A DNA stretch of 64,000 nucleotides from Nemertoderma westbladi (taxonomy: Eukaryota > Animalia > Xenacoelomorpha), in assembly GCA_032718475.1 (NCBI GenBank), contig JAUCBJ010001686.1:14424-78423 (forward strand). Direction: 5' to 3'. This document shows, in pieces, positions 36,866 to 49,271 of this stretch. Every line of letters starts with the position of its first letter. Position 1 is the first letter of the stretch. The translations under genes were made by a program, and so were the position numbers. The notes beneath the pieces are model-generated. The model saw nothing but the letters and a program-made list of their open reading frames with translations, searched no databases and was not told the origin of the DNA.

Positions 36866-39480
36866 ATGTGCACGGAGGTGGAAAATTTCTACCAAAATCT
36901 ACAAGCAGCTACTGATGGAGTTGATCAGCATGCATTCTTAACATTCCTGGGAGACTTTAATGCAAGTCTGCATCAATCACCTACATCGCCCTGGGTCTAT
37001 AGCAATAGTGTTAACCGAAATTCTGTCCATCTTCAGGATTTTATCTCTGGAAATGGATTGTTTTCGGCTGGAACCCAGTTCAAGAAGCGAACTGGAAAGC
37101 TATGGACTCATAGTGGACCCAGTGGTCACAAGTCTCAGATAGACCATATTCTGTTTCGTAGGAAATACAGGAGCTCTATACAAGACTGTAATGCATTTAC
37201 ACTTCGACCCTTCTCCAGTGATCACCGCCTTATTGTGGCCAAGGTAAGACTTAGTCTGCGTGCTAGCAGAACAACGAAATCTGCCTTGCCGCGGCATGAC
37301 TGGTCCTCTCTGTTGCAACAGCCAAGTGTGAGATCCAGCTTCACACTACAGCTGAGCAACAGGTATGAGGCTCTTGCCTCTGAGGCGGCAGATCACTGTG
37401 AGGGCTATACTGCTTTTACAGAAGCAGTTAAGTTAGCAGCTGCAGAAACAGTTCCTGTATACCCTCGAAACAGGAAAAGGGCCCCCTGGACTGACAACAG
37501 GATTCAGAGGTGCCGAAATGACCTTTATAAGGCGCAGAAAGAGTCCCGACTCAAACAGACTACAGCGGCCAAGAATGCAGTTAAGGCTGCATCTAGGTCC
37601 CTGAACAGGCAGTACTCTGTTAATCTACAGGAGCTAATAAACCAACAGGTTGATGCCATCAATGATGCTGACGACAGCAGGCAATCATCCCAGGCATGGA
37701 AATCAATCAATCTGCTTACAGGGCGGAAAAGCCAACCAACCACCAAGGTTAAGGCTGAATCACCAGCCGATCGCCTCAATGGTTGGAAAGCCCACTTTGA
37801 AAAGCTCCTCAATAATGACAGGGTATTGCCTGATAACTTTATAGAAGTAAAAGTGTCTGAGTCTGTACTCCCAGATATTCCCATTGGCGATATCTCCTTT
37901 GCAGAAGTGAAGGCTGCTGCAAAGAGCATTAAGACCAATCGTGCCAGTGGAGTAGATGGTGTTCGCCCTGAGGTCTTTAAAATACCTGAGTGTTTAAAGC
38001 TCATCTATCCCATCATAGTAGACATGTACCGAACAACAAGAGTCCCACAAGAAATGAAAACAAATAAGTTGGTGCCAGTTCCCAAGAAGGGCAACCTAAC
38101 ACTCTATGGTTCTTTTCGGGGAATCTCATTGATCTCGATTGCTGCAAAGCTATACAACAGGATTCTATTAAATCGTATCAGGGATCCCATTGAGAGACTG
38201 CTCCGTGGAAATCAGAATGGGTTCCGTAAAGGTCGTGGGACCATGGAGCCCATTTTGGCACTTAGAAGGATAATTGAAGAATTATCAAAAAAGAAAGACA
38301 GGCATCTGGCTGTTATCTTTGTTGACTTATTCAAGGCCTATGATTCAGTCTCTCGCTCACGTATGTTCAGCATACTTTCATTATATGGGATTCCTGATGA
38401 AATTATTGCAGCAATCAGATCAGTATACGATGGTTCAACAACATTTGTGTCTACTGTTGACGGTGACACAGAACCATTTGAAGTGTTATGGGGCGTCCTC
38501 CAAGGAGACACACTTGCACCATTCTTGTTCATTATTGTGGTTGACTATGTTCTACGCATGTCCTTAGATCATCATAATGATGATGGGGTGATGATAACTC
38601 CACCTTCTGGCTCCAGAAGTCGAGGAAATCCTGCCAAGTACCTAACTGATCTAGACTTTGCTGATGACTTAGGAGTACTCTCAGAATCACTAGAGGGAGC
38701 CCAACGGCTCCTCAGCTCACTAGAACATGCTGCTTCTAGTGTTGGTCTTTTTATTAACTCCAGAAAGACCAAAATTCTGACAGTTAACTTTGAAAGTCCT
38801 CGGCAAGTCTCTGATCGGATGAGCATAAGCTCAAAGGATGGTATGCTTGAGCATGTGGACGACTTCTGTTACCTGGGATCATGGATCCGGAAGTCAGGTG
38901 AGGACCTTCGAATACGTAAGGGAAAGGCATAGGCAGCCTTGAATAGGCTTTCCAGGATTTGGAAGTCAACGAGAATTAATCGGAAACTTAAGGTCCGATT
39001 ATTTAGAGCAGCAGTAGTTCCAGTACTCCTCTACGGGAGTCCATGCTGGGCTCTAACTGTTGAGGACACCAAATCTCTAGATGGCACATTCACAAGAATG
39101 CTACGCCGGGTTCATTGTGTCAAGTACAATGCACACATCTCCAACCAGACACTATATAACATTGGAGGTGTCTCATTGGTTCCCCCAAGCTTGACACTAG
39201 AACAAAATCGCCTCCGCTTTGCAGGACATTGCTTTCGCCGTGAGGACCAGCAAGTGCATAATCTTGTACTTTGGCAGCCTCATGGAGTGAATAAGCATGG
39301 TGGACAGCCCATGACTTTCTTGAGACGCATCTTAAAGGACACTGGCCTTAAAGATGCGGATGATCTAGCAAATGCCATGGGTGATAGGGAGTTGTGGCGG
39401 TGCAATTTTGTTGACAAGCCGGCACAGCATTCTTAGAAATGCAGCTGCAATGCAGCATGCCGATCCTAGTAGTAGTAGTA
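36866..39480 (+). mobile_element. RTE-like family A, longest copy (partial APE + RT), single premature stop
   Basis: LGDFNA, QIDHIL, SDHRL, DFADD; TGG>TAG at 38930-38932 (the 31.6-kb copy reads GKAWAAL); (TAG)n tail. Confidence 0.93.
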
Positions 39481-39765
39481 GGCCCTATGCCGCCAAGTGC
39501 CAACAAGACCAACCTAGTGCCAGTTATTCAAACCACGTGTCAGCGAGTGCAACCGGGTGCTAGTGATTAATCTATGTCCAACCGGGCGTCCAGGTGTCAC
39601 ATACGGATTATTCTCCATAGGAATCCATTACATACGCACATACGCGTATGTGCATACGGATACGGCAAATGGATACGAATACGGACACGGATACGGATAC
39701 GACGAAAAGTCATACCCTACCAATGGTACCATTGCATTATGTACAATAATTATTAGATACTGTAC

Positions 39766-40047
39766 CTTTGGTTTCCATCACTTGTCTGACAATTTCATTG
39801 GTTATTTGATCCCCCCACTCGTTTATCATTGGCATGTTGATGTCATCTACGAACACTGTCATCTTCTTTCCAGCCGGTGGCCCATATGTGGTACCCACTC
39901 GTTTATCAACATAGGATTCAATAGTTCGTTGAAACATTCCCGGCTCAGTTGCGCTCGAAAAGTTTACTGATTTGCTGGCGTGAAGCTCTGGGTCGAAGTT
40001 ATTCGTGTATCCTTTTATCATTACTGTTTTAGCAGTCCCCTGTTCAC
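39766..40047 (-). CDS. DNAH5: Dynein heavy chain exon, AAA3 P-loop
   Basis: GEQGTAKT (gamma-type AAA3 Walker A), [22 protein letters not shown]; acceptor tattttag, donor G|gtacag. Confidence 0.95.
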
Positions 40048-40104
40048 CTAAAATAAATATAAGAAACAAGAGAGGAATAGAAAGAAAATATAGAAAATTA
40101 CAAC

Positions 40105-42915
40105 ATTGGTCCCTCTACAGAACGGTACCAAGTGCTGTCCCCTTGGACTCTCTACAGAACGGTACCAAGTGCTGTCCCATTGGACTCTCTACAGAACGGT
40201 ACTAAGTGCTGTCCCATTGGACTCTCTACAGAACGGTACCAAGTGCTGTCTGACCCATTGGGCCCTCTACAGAACGGTACCAAGTGCTGTCCCATTGGAC
40301 TCTCTACAGAACGGTACTAAGTGCTGTCCCATTGGACTCTCTACAGAACGGTACCAAGTGCTGTCTGGCCCATTGGGCCCTCTACAGAACGGTACCAAGT
40401 GCTGTCCCATTGGACTCTCTACAGAACGGTACTAAGTGCTGTCCCATTGGACTCTCTACAGAACGGTACCAAGTGCTGTCTGACCCATTGGGCCCTCTAC
40501 AGAACGGTACCAAGTGCTGTCCCATTGGACTCTCTACAGAACGGTACTAAGTGCTGTCCCATTGGACTCTCTACAGAACGGTACCAAGTGCTGTCTGACC
40601 CATTGGTCCCTCTACAGAACGGTACCAAGTGCTGTCCCATTGGACTCTCTACAGAACGGTACTAAGTGCTGTCCCATTGGACTCTCTACAGAACGGTACC
40701 AAGTGCTGTCTGGCCCATTGGGCCCTCTACAGAACGGTACCAAGTGCTGTCCCATTGGACTCTCTACAGAACGGTACTAAGTGCTGTCCCATTGGACTCT
40801 CTACAGAACGGTACCAAGTGCTGTCTGACCCATTGGGCCCTCTACAGAACGGTACCAAGTGCTGTCCCATTGGGCCCTCTACAGAACGGTACTAAGTGCT
40901 GTCCCATTGGACTCTCTACAGAACGGTACCAAGTGCTGTCTGACCCATTGGGCTCTCTACAGAACGGTACTAAGTGCTGTCTGACCCATTGGTCCCTCTA
41001 CAGAACGGTACCAAGTGCTGTCCCCTTGGACTCTCTACAGAACGGTACCAAGTGCTGTCCCATTGGACTCTCTACAGAACGGTACTAAGTGCTGTCCCAT
41101 TGGACTCTCTACAGAACGGTACCAAGTGCTGTCTGACCCATTGGGCTCTCTACAGAACGGTACCAAGTGCTGTCTGACCCATTGGGCCCTCTACAGAACG
41201 GTATCAAGTGCTGTCCCATTGGGCCCTCTACAGAACGGTACTAAGTGCTGTCCCATTGGACTCTCTACAGAACGGTACCAAGTGCTGTCTGACCCATTGG
41301 GCCCTCTACAGAACGGTACCAAGTGCTGTCCCATTGGGCCCTCTACAGAACGTACTAAGTGCTGTCCCATTGGACTCTCTACAGAACGGTAGCAAGTGCT
41401 GTCCCATTGGACTTTCTACAGAACGGTACTAAGTGCTGTCCCATTGGACTTTCTACAGAACGGTACCAAGTGCTGTCTGACCCATTGGGCCCTCTACAGA
41501 ACGGTACCAAGTGCTGTCTGACCCATTGGGCCCCCTACAGAACGGTACCAAGTGCTGTCTGACCCATTGGTCCCTCTACAGAACGGTACCAAGTGCTGTC
41601 TGACCCATTGGGCCCTCTACAGAACGGTATCAAGTGCTGTCCCATTGGACTCTCTCTCTCTACAGAACGGTACTAAGTGCTGTCCCATTGGACTCTCTAC
41701 AGAACGGTACCAAGTGCTGTCCCATTGGACTCTCTACAGAACGGTAGTAAGTGCTGTCTCATTGGACTCTCTCTCTACAGAACCAGAACGGTACCAAGTG
41801 CTGTCACCTGGGACCCTCTACAGAACGGTACCAAGTGCTGTCTGACCCATTGGGCCCTCTACAGAACGGTACCAAGTGCTGTCCCATTGGACTCTCTACA
41901 GAACGGTAGCAAGTGCTGTCCCATTGGACTTTCTACAGAACGGTACTAAGTGCTGTCCCATTGGACTTTCTACAGAACGGTACCAAGTGCTGTCTGACCC
42001 ATTGGGCCCTCTACAGAACGGTACCAAGTGCTGTCTGACCCATTGGTCCCTCTACAGAACGGTACCAAGTGCTGTCTGACCCATTGGGCCCTCTACAGAA
42101 CGGTACTAAGTGCTGTCCCATTGGACTCTCTACAGAACGGTAGCAAGTGCTGTCCCATTGGACTTTCTACAGAACGGTACTAAGTGCTGTCCCATTGGAC
42201 TTTCTACAGAACGGTACCAAGTGCTGTCTGACCCATTGGGCCCTCTACAGAACGGTACCAAGTGCTGTCTGACCCATTGGTCCCTCTACAGAACGGTACC
42301 AAGTGCTGTCTGACCCATTGGTCCCTCTACAGAACGGTACCAAGTGCTGTCCCCTTGGACTCTCTACAGAACGGTACCAAGTGCTGTCCCATTGGACTTT
42401 CTACAGAACGGTACCAAGTGCTGTCCCATTGGACTTTCTACAGAACGGTACCAAGTGCTGTCTGACCCATTGGGCCCTCTACAGAACGGTACCAAGTGCT
42501 GTCTGACCCATTGGGCCCCCTACAGAACGGTACCAAGTGCTGTCTGACCCATTGGTCCCTCTACAGAACGGTACCAAGTGCTGTCTGACCCATTGGGCCC
42601 TCTACAGAACGGTATCAAGTGCTGTCCCATTGGACTCTCTCTCTACAGAACGGTACTAAGTGCTGTCCCATTGGACTCTCTACAGAACGGTACCAAGTGC
42701 TGTCCCATTGGACTCTCTACAGAACGGTAGTAAGTGCTGTCTCATTGGACTCTCTCTCTACAGAACGGTACCAAGTGCTGTCCCATTGGACTCTCTACAG
42801 AACGGTAGTAAGTGCTGTCTCATTGGACTCTCTCTCTACAGAACCAGAACGGTACCAAGTGCTGTCACCTGGGACCCTCTACAGAACGGTACCAAGTGCA
42901 GTCCATCTACAGAAC
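40105..42915. repeat. 37/41-bp minisatellite with a 115-bp higher-order unit, filling an intron
   Basis: Unit ctctctacagaacggtaccaagtgctgtcccattgga, with or without a 4-nt insert; roughly 70 copies. Confidence 0.95.
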
Positions 42916-42921
42916 ACTTAC

Positions 42922-43120
42922 CAATAAGAAGGACAGCTTTCTCTTGTTTCGTGATAATCTTTATGAGGTAATCTGTGCGAACATTGTCCACATTTGGTAC
43001 GAGTATGGAAAGGTAATCCGGCGTAACATCCTTAGGGTAATCGTAATCCTCTACCCTAGTTTGCCAGTGAGCCCACTCTCCGTTCGTCGCAACCATATAC
43101 TCAAATATTGTATCGTGGTC
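42922..43120 (-). CDS. DNAH5: Dynein heavy chain exon
   Basis: [19 protein letters not shown]...[15 protein letters not shown]...KAVLLI; acceptor ttttggatag, donor G|gtaagt. Confidence 0.93.
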
Positions 43121-43232
43121 CTATCCAAAAGAAGGTAAACATAAATTAATATAAAACTTGGCGGATACTAGCTCAATAGTGGAAGCTATGAGTGCACTGA
43201 GCAGACATTTTTATGCATCCATTTGCTACTGT

Positions 43233-46200
43233 GTGGCGGCGGGTATAAATGTGGTGGCGGCTGTATGTGGCGGGGTGGATGGCGACGGGAGTGTTTGGCA
43301 GCGGATGTATATGCGGCGGGTGTACAGTAGGTGTATGTGGCGGGGTGGATGGCGGCGGGAGTGTTTGGCAGCGAATGTATATGCGGCGGGTGTACAGTAG
43401 GTGTATGTGGCGGGGTGGTGGATGGCGGCGGGAGTGTTTGGTAGCGGATGTATATGTGGCGGGTGTACAGTAGGTGTATGTGGTGGGGTGGATGGCGGCG
43501 GGAGTGTTTGGTAGCGGATGTATATGTGGCGGGTGTACAGTAGGTGTATGTGGCGGGGCGGATGGTGGCGGGAGTGTTTGGTAGCGGATGTATATGTGGC
43601 GGGTGTACAGTAGGTGTATGTGGCGGGGCGGATGGTGGCGGGAGTGTTTGGCAGCGGATGTATATGTGGCGGGTGTACAGTAGGTGTATGTGGCGGGGTG
43701 GTGGATGGCGGCGGGAGTGTTTGGCAGCGGATGTATATGTGGCGGGTGTACAGTAGGTGTATGTGGCGGGGTGGTGGATGGCGGCGGGAGTGTTTGGCAG
43801 CGAATGTATATGTGGCGGGTGTACAGTAGGTGTATGTGGCGGGGTGGATGGCGGCGGGAGTGTTTGGCAGCGGATGTATATGCGGCGGGTGTACAGTAGG
43901 TGTATGTGGCGGGGTGGTGGATGGTGGCGGGAGTGTTTGGTAGCGGATGTATATGTGGCGGGTGTACAGTAGGTGTATGTGGCGGGGTGGATGGCGGCGG
44001 GAGTGTTTGGCAGCGAATGTATATGTGGCGGGTGTACAGTAGGTGTATGTGGTGGGGTGGATGGTGGCGGGAGTGTTTGGTAGCGGATGTATATGCGGCG
44101 GGTGTACAGTAGGTGTATGTGGCGGGGTGGTGGATGGTGGCGGGAGTGTTTGGCAGTGGATGTATATGCGGCGGGTGTACAGTAGGTGTATGTGGCGGGG
44201 TGGATGGCGGCGGGAGTGTTTGGCAGCGGATGTATATGCGGCGGGTGTACAGTAGGTGTATGTGGCGGGGTGGTGGATGGCGGCGGGAGTGTTTGGCAGC
44301 GAATGTATATGCGGCGGGTGTACAGTAGGTGTATGTGGCGGGGTGGTGGATGGCGGCGGGAGTGTTTGGTAGCGGATGTATATGTGGCGGGTGTACAGTA
44401 GGTGTATGTGGTGGGGTGGATGGCGGCGGGAGTGTTTGGTAGCGGATGTATATGTGGCGGGTGTACAGTAGGTGTATGTGGCGGGGCGGATGGTGGCGGG
44501 AGTGTTTGGTAGCGGATGTATATGTGGCGGGTGTACAGTAGGTGTATGTGGCGGGGCGGATGGTGGCGGGAGTGTTTGGCAGCGGATGTATATGTGGCGG
44601 GTGTACAGTAGGTGTATGTGGCGGGGTGGTGGATGGCGGCGGGAGTGTTTGGCAGCGGATGTATATGTGGCGGGTGTACAGTAGGTGTATGTGGCGGGGT
44701 GGTGGATGGCGGCGGGAGTGTTTGGCAGCGAATGTATATGTGGCGGGTGTACAGTAGGTGTATGTGGCGGGGTGGATGGCGGCGGGAGTGTTTGGCAGCG
44801 GATGTATATGCGGCGGGTGTACAGTAGGTGTATGTGGCGGGGTGGTGGATGGTGGCGGGAGTGTTTGGTAGCGGATGTATATGTGGCGGGTGTACAGTAG
44901 GTGTATGTGGCGGGGTGGATGGCGGCGGGAGTGTTTGGCAGCGAATGTATATGTGGCGGGTGTACAGTAGGTGTATGTGGTGGGGTGGATGGTGGCGGGA
45001 GTGTTTGGTAGCGGATGTATATGCGGCGGGTGTACAGTAGGTGTATGTGGCGGGGTGGTGGATGGTGGCGGGAGTGTTTGGCAGTGGATGTATATGCGGC
45101 GGGTGTACAGTAGGTGTATGTGGCGGGGTGGATGGCGGCGGGAGTGTTTGGCAGCGGATGTATATGCGGCGGGTGTACAGTAGGTGTATGTGGCGGGGTG
45201 GTGGATGGCGGCGGGAGTGTTTGGCAGCGGATGTATATGTGGCGGGTGTACAGTAGGTGTATGTGGCGGGGTGGTGGATGGTGGCGGGAGTGTTTGGCAG
45301 CGGATGTATATGCGGCGGTACAGTAGGTGTATGTGGCGGGATGGTGGATGGCGGCGGGAGTGTTTGGCAGCGGATGTATATGCGGCGGTACAGTAGGTGT
45401 ATGTGGCGGGATGGTGGATGGCGGCGGGAGTGTTTGGTAGCGGATGTATATGCGGCGGGTGTACAGTAGGTGTATGTGGCGGGGCGGATGGTGGCGGGAG
45501 TGTTTGGCAGCGGGTGTATATGTGGCGGGTGTACAGTAGGTGTATGTGGCGGGGTGGTGGATGGCGGCGGGAGTGTTTGGCAGCGGATGTATATGCGGCG
45601 GGTGTACAGTAGGTGTATGTGGCGGGGTGGTGGATGGCGGCGGGAGTGTTTGGCAGCGGATGTATATGTGGCGGGTGTACAGTAGGTGTATGTGGCGGGG
45701 TGGTGGATGGTGGCGGGAGTGTTTGGCAGTGGATGTATATGCGGCGGGTGTACAGTAGGTGTATGTGGCGGGGTGGATGGCGGCGGGAGTGTTTGGCAGC
45801 GGATGTATATGCGGCGGGTGTACAGTAGGTGTATGTGGCGGGGTGGTGGATGGCGGCGGGAGTGTTTGGCAGCGGATGTATATGTGGCGGGTGTACAGTA
45901 GGTGTATGTGGCGGGGTGGTGGATGGCGGCGGGAGTGTTTGGCAGCGGATGTATATGCGGCGGGTGTACAGTAGGTGTATGTGGCGGGGCGGATGGTGGC
46001 GGGAGTGTTTGGCAGCGGGTGTATATGTGGCGGGTGTACAGTAGGTGTATGTGGCGGGGTGGTGGATGGCGGCGGGAGTGTTTGGCAGCGGATGTATATG
46101 CGGCGGGTGTACAGTAGGTGTATGTGGCGGGGTGGATGGTGGCGGGAGTATTTGGCAGCGGATGTATATGTGGCGGGTGTACAGTAGGTGTATGTGGCGG

Positions 46201-48787
46201 GGTGGTGGATGGCGGCGGGAATGTTTGGCAGCGGATGTATATGCGGCGGGTGTACAGTAGGTGTATGTGGCGGGGTGGATGGTGGCGGGAGTATTTGGCA
46301 GCGGATGTATATGTGGCGGGTGTACAGTAGGTGTATGTGGCGGGGTGGTGGATGGCGGCGGGAGTGTTTGGCAGCGGATGTATATGCGGCGGGTGTACAG
46401 TAGGTGTATGTGGCGGGGTGGATGGCGGCGGGAGTATTTGGCAGCGAATGTATATGCGGCGGGTGTACAGTAGGTGTATGTGGCGGGGTGGTGGATGGTG
46501 GCGGGAGTGTTTGGCAGCAGATGTATATGCGGCGGGTGTACAGTAGGTGTATGTGGCGGGGTGGTGGATGGCGGCGGGAGTGTTTGGCAGCGGATGTATA
46601 TGCGGCGGGTGTACAGTAGGTGTATGTGGCGGGGTGGTGGATGGCGGCGGGAGTGTTTGGTAGCGGATGTATATGCGGCGGGTGTACAGTAGGTGTATGT
46701 GGCGGGGTGGTGGATGGCGGCGGGAGTGTTTGGCAGCGGATGTATATGTGGCGGGTGTACAGTAGGTGTATGTGGCGGGGTGGTGGATGGCGGCGGGAGT
46801 GTTTGGCAGCGGATGTATATGTGGCGGGTGTACAGTAGGTGTATGTGGCGGGGTGGTGGATGGCGGCGGGAGTGTTTGGCAGCGGATGTATATGTGGCGG
46901 GTGTACAGTAGGTGTATGTGGCGGGGTGGTGGATGGTGGCGGGAGTGTTTGGCAGCGGATGTATATGCGGCGGGTGTACAGTAGGTGTATGTGGCGGGGT
47001 GGTGGATGGCGGCGGGAGTGTTTGGCAGCGGATGTATATGTGGCGGGTGTACAGTAGGTGTATGTGGCGGGGTGGTGGATGGCGGCGGGAGTGTTTGGTA
47101 GCGGATGTATATGTGGCGGGTGTACAGTAGGTGTATGTGGCGGGGTGGATGGCGGCGGGAGTGTTTGGCAGCGGATGTATATGCGGCGGGTGTACAGTAG
47201 GTGTATGTGGCGGGGTGGTGGATGGTGGCGGGAGTGTTTGGCAGCGGATGTATATGCGGCGGGTGTACAGTAGGTGTATGTGGCGGGGTGGTGGATGGCG
47301 GCGGGAGTGTTTGGCAGCGGATGTATATGCGGCGGGTGTACAGTAGGTGTATGCGGCGGGGTGGTGGATGGCGGCGGGAGTGTTTGGCAGCGGATGTATA
47401 TGCGGCGGGTGTTCTGTAGGTGTATGTGGCGGGGTGGTGGATGGCGGCGGGAGTGTTTGGTAGCGGATGTATATGTGGCGGGTGTACAGTAGGTGAATGT
47501 GGCGGGGTGGATGGCGGCGGGAGTGTTTGGTAGCGGATGTATATGCGGCGGGTGTACAGTAGGTGTATGTGGCGGGGTGGTGGATGGCGGCGGGAGTGTT
47601 TGGCAGCGGATGTATATGTGGCGGGTGTACAGTAGGTGTATGTGGCGGGGTGGTGGATGGCGGCGGAAGTGTTTGGTAGCGGATGTATATGCGGCGGGTG
47701 TACAGTAGGTGTATGTGGCGGGGTGGTGGGTGGTGGCGGGAGTGTTTGGCAGCGGATGTATATGCGGCGGGTGTACAGTAGGTGTATGTGGCGGGGTGGT
47801 GGATGGCGGCGGGAGTGTTTGGCAGCGGATGTATATGCGGCGGGTGTACAGTAGGTGTATGTGGCGGGGTGGTGGATGGCGGCGGGAGTGTTTGGTAGCG
47901 GATGTATATGCGGCGGGTGTACAGTAGGTGTATGTGGCGGGGTGGTGGATGGTGGCGGGAGTGTTTGGCAGCGGATGTATATGTGGCGGGTGTACAGTAG
48001 GTGTATGTGGCGGGGTGGATGGCGGCGGGAGTGTTTGGTAGCGGATGTATATGTGGCGGGTGTACAGTAGGTGTATGTGGCGGGGTGGATGGCGGCGGGA
48101 GGTTTTGGTAGCGGATGTATATGCGGCGGGTGTACAGTAGGTGTATGTGGCGGGGTGGTGGATGGCGGCGGAAGTGTTTGGTAGCGGATGTATATGTGGC
48201 GGGTGTACAGTAGGTGTATGTGGCGGGGTGGATGGCGGCGGGAGTGTTTGGTAGCGGATGTATATGCGGCGGGTGTACAGTAGGTGTATGTGGCGGGGTG
48301 GTGGATGGCGGCGGAAGTGTTTGGTAGCGGATGTATATGCGGCGGGTGTACAGTAGGTGTATGTGGCGGGGTGGTGGATGGCGGCGGAAGTGTTTGGTAG
48401 CGGATGTATATGCGGCGGGTGTACAGTAGGTGTATGTGGCGGGGTGGTGGATGGTGGCGGGAGTGTTTGGCAGCGGATGTATATGTGGCGGGTGTACAGT
48501 AGGTGGATGGCGGCGGGAGTGTTTGGCAGCGGATGTATATGCGGCGGGTGTACAGTAGGTGTATGTGGCGGGGTGGTGGATGGCGGCGGAAGTGTTTGGT
48601 AGCGGATGTATATGCGGCGGGTGTACAGTAGGTGTATGTGGCGGGGTGGTGGATGGTGGCGGGAGTGTTTGGCAGCGAATGTATATGTGGCGGGTGTACA
48701 GTAGGTGTATGTGGCGGGGTGGTGGATGGCAGCGGAAGTGTTTGGCAGCGGATGTATATGCGGCGGGTGTACAGTAGGTGTATGTGT
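43233..48787. repeat. G-rich 70/73-bp satellite, ~77 copies, filling an intron
   Basis: Unit gtatgtggcgggg(tgg)tggatggcggcgggagtgtttggcagcggatgtatatgcggcgggtgtacagtaggt. Confidence 0.96.
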
Positions 48788-48897
48788 ATCATGGGCGGAA
48801 TGATTTAGGGCGGTTTTTTTCTGGTTTTGCCGGTATTGCAAATATAAATTATTATGAATTTAAATGAATTAATTAAATTTAGTAGAAACTCAACTAC

Positions 48898-49271
48898 CTT
48901 AAGTTTAGGTAAATCAACACAGCCTTTCTGTATAATAAAATTTTGAAGCTTTTCTCTGTCATCGAGTTCCAGCAACGCTCCCAAAGACCACATGATCGCG
49001 AACACAAAGAGACGTTCAACATGCTTAGCACCTGGTGTCTTCTCCCCCTCACCAGGTAGCAACCCGTTGAGTATGTCCAGCGACTGACGCACGTACATGC
49101 ACTCTATTAAGCTCATCTTAGGGAACAAGTACTGGATGACGAAGTTGTAGCAATCAGTCCACATAGTACTGTATAGCGGGTAGAGGATGTCGTAAAGGAG
49201 TGGCCGCTTCAACAGCCAACTCCTCACCAAAGGATCCCAATCCAATACAGATGACGATATAAATACCATTC
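48898..49271 (-). CDS. DNAH5: Dynein heavy chain exon
   Basis: (G)MVFISSSVLDWDPLV...VFAIMWSLGALLELDDR...DLPKLK; acceptor gttgcag|GA completes the Gly codon from the previous exon; donor AAG|gtagtt. Confidence 0.92.

Noticed and set aside
33209-39500. 11-bp inverted match ggcacttggcg near two RTE ends as an inversion or TSD scar
   Set aside because: Not immediately adjacent to the element termini; may be chance.
40106-42971. Numerous overlapping short ORFs
   Set aside because: Minisatellite translations.
43186-48841. 1868-aa and 1871-aa Pro/His/Thr-rich ORFs and many ~70-aa plus-strand ORFs
   Set aside because: Translations of a stop-poor satellite that cycle through all three frames; they lie within a dynein intron whose flanking exons join in frame.
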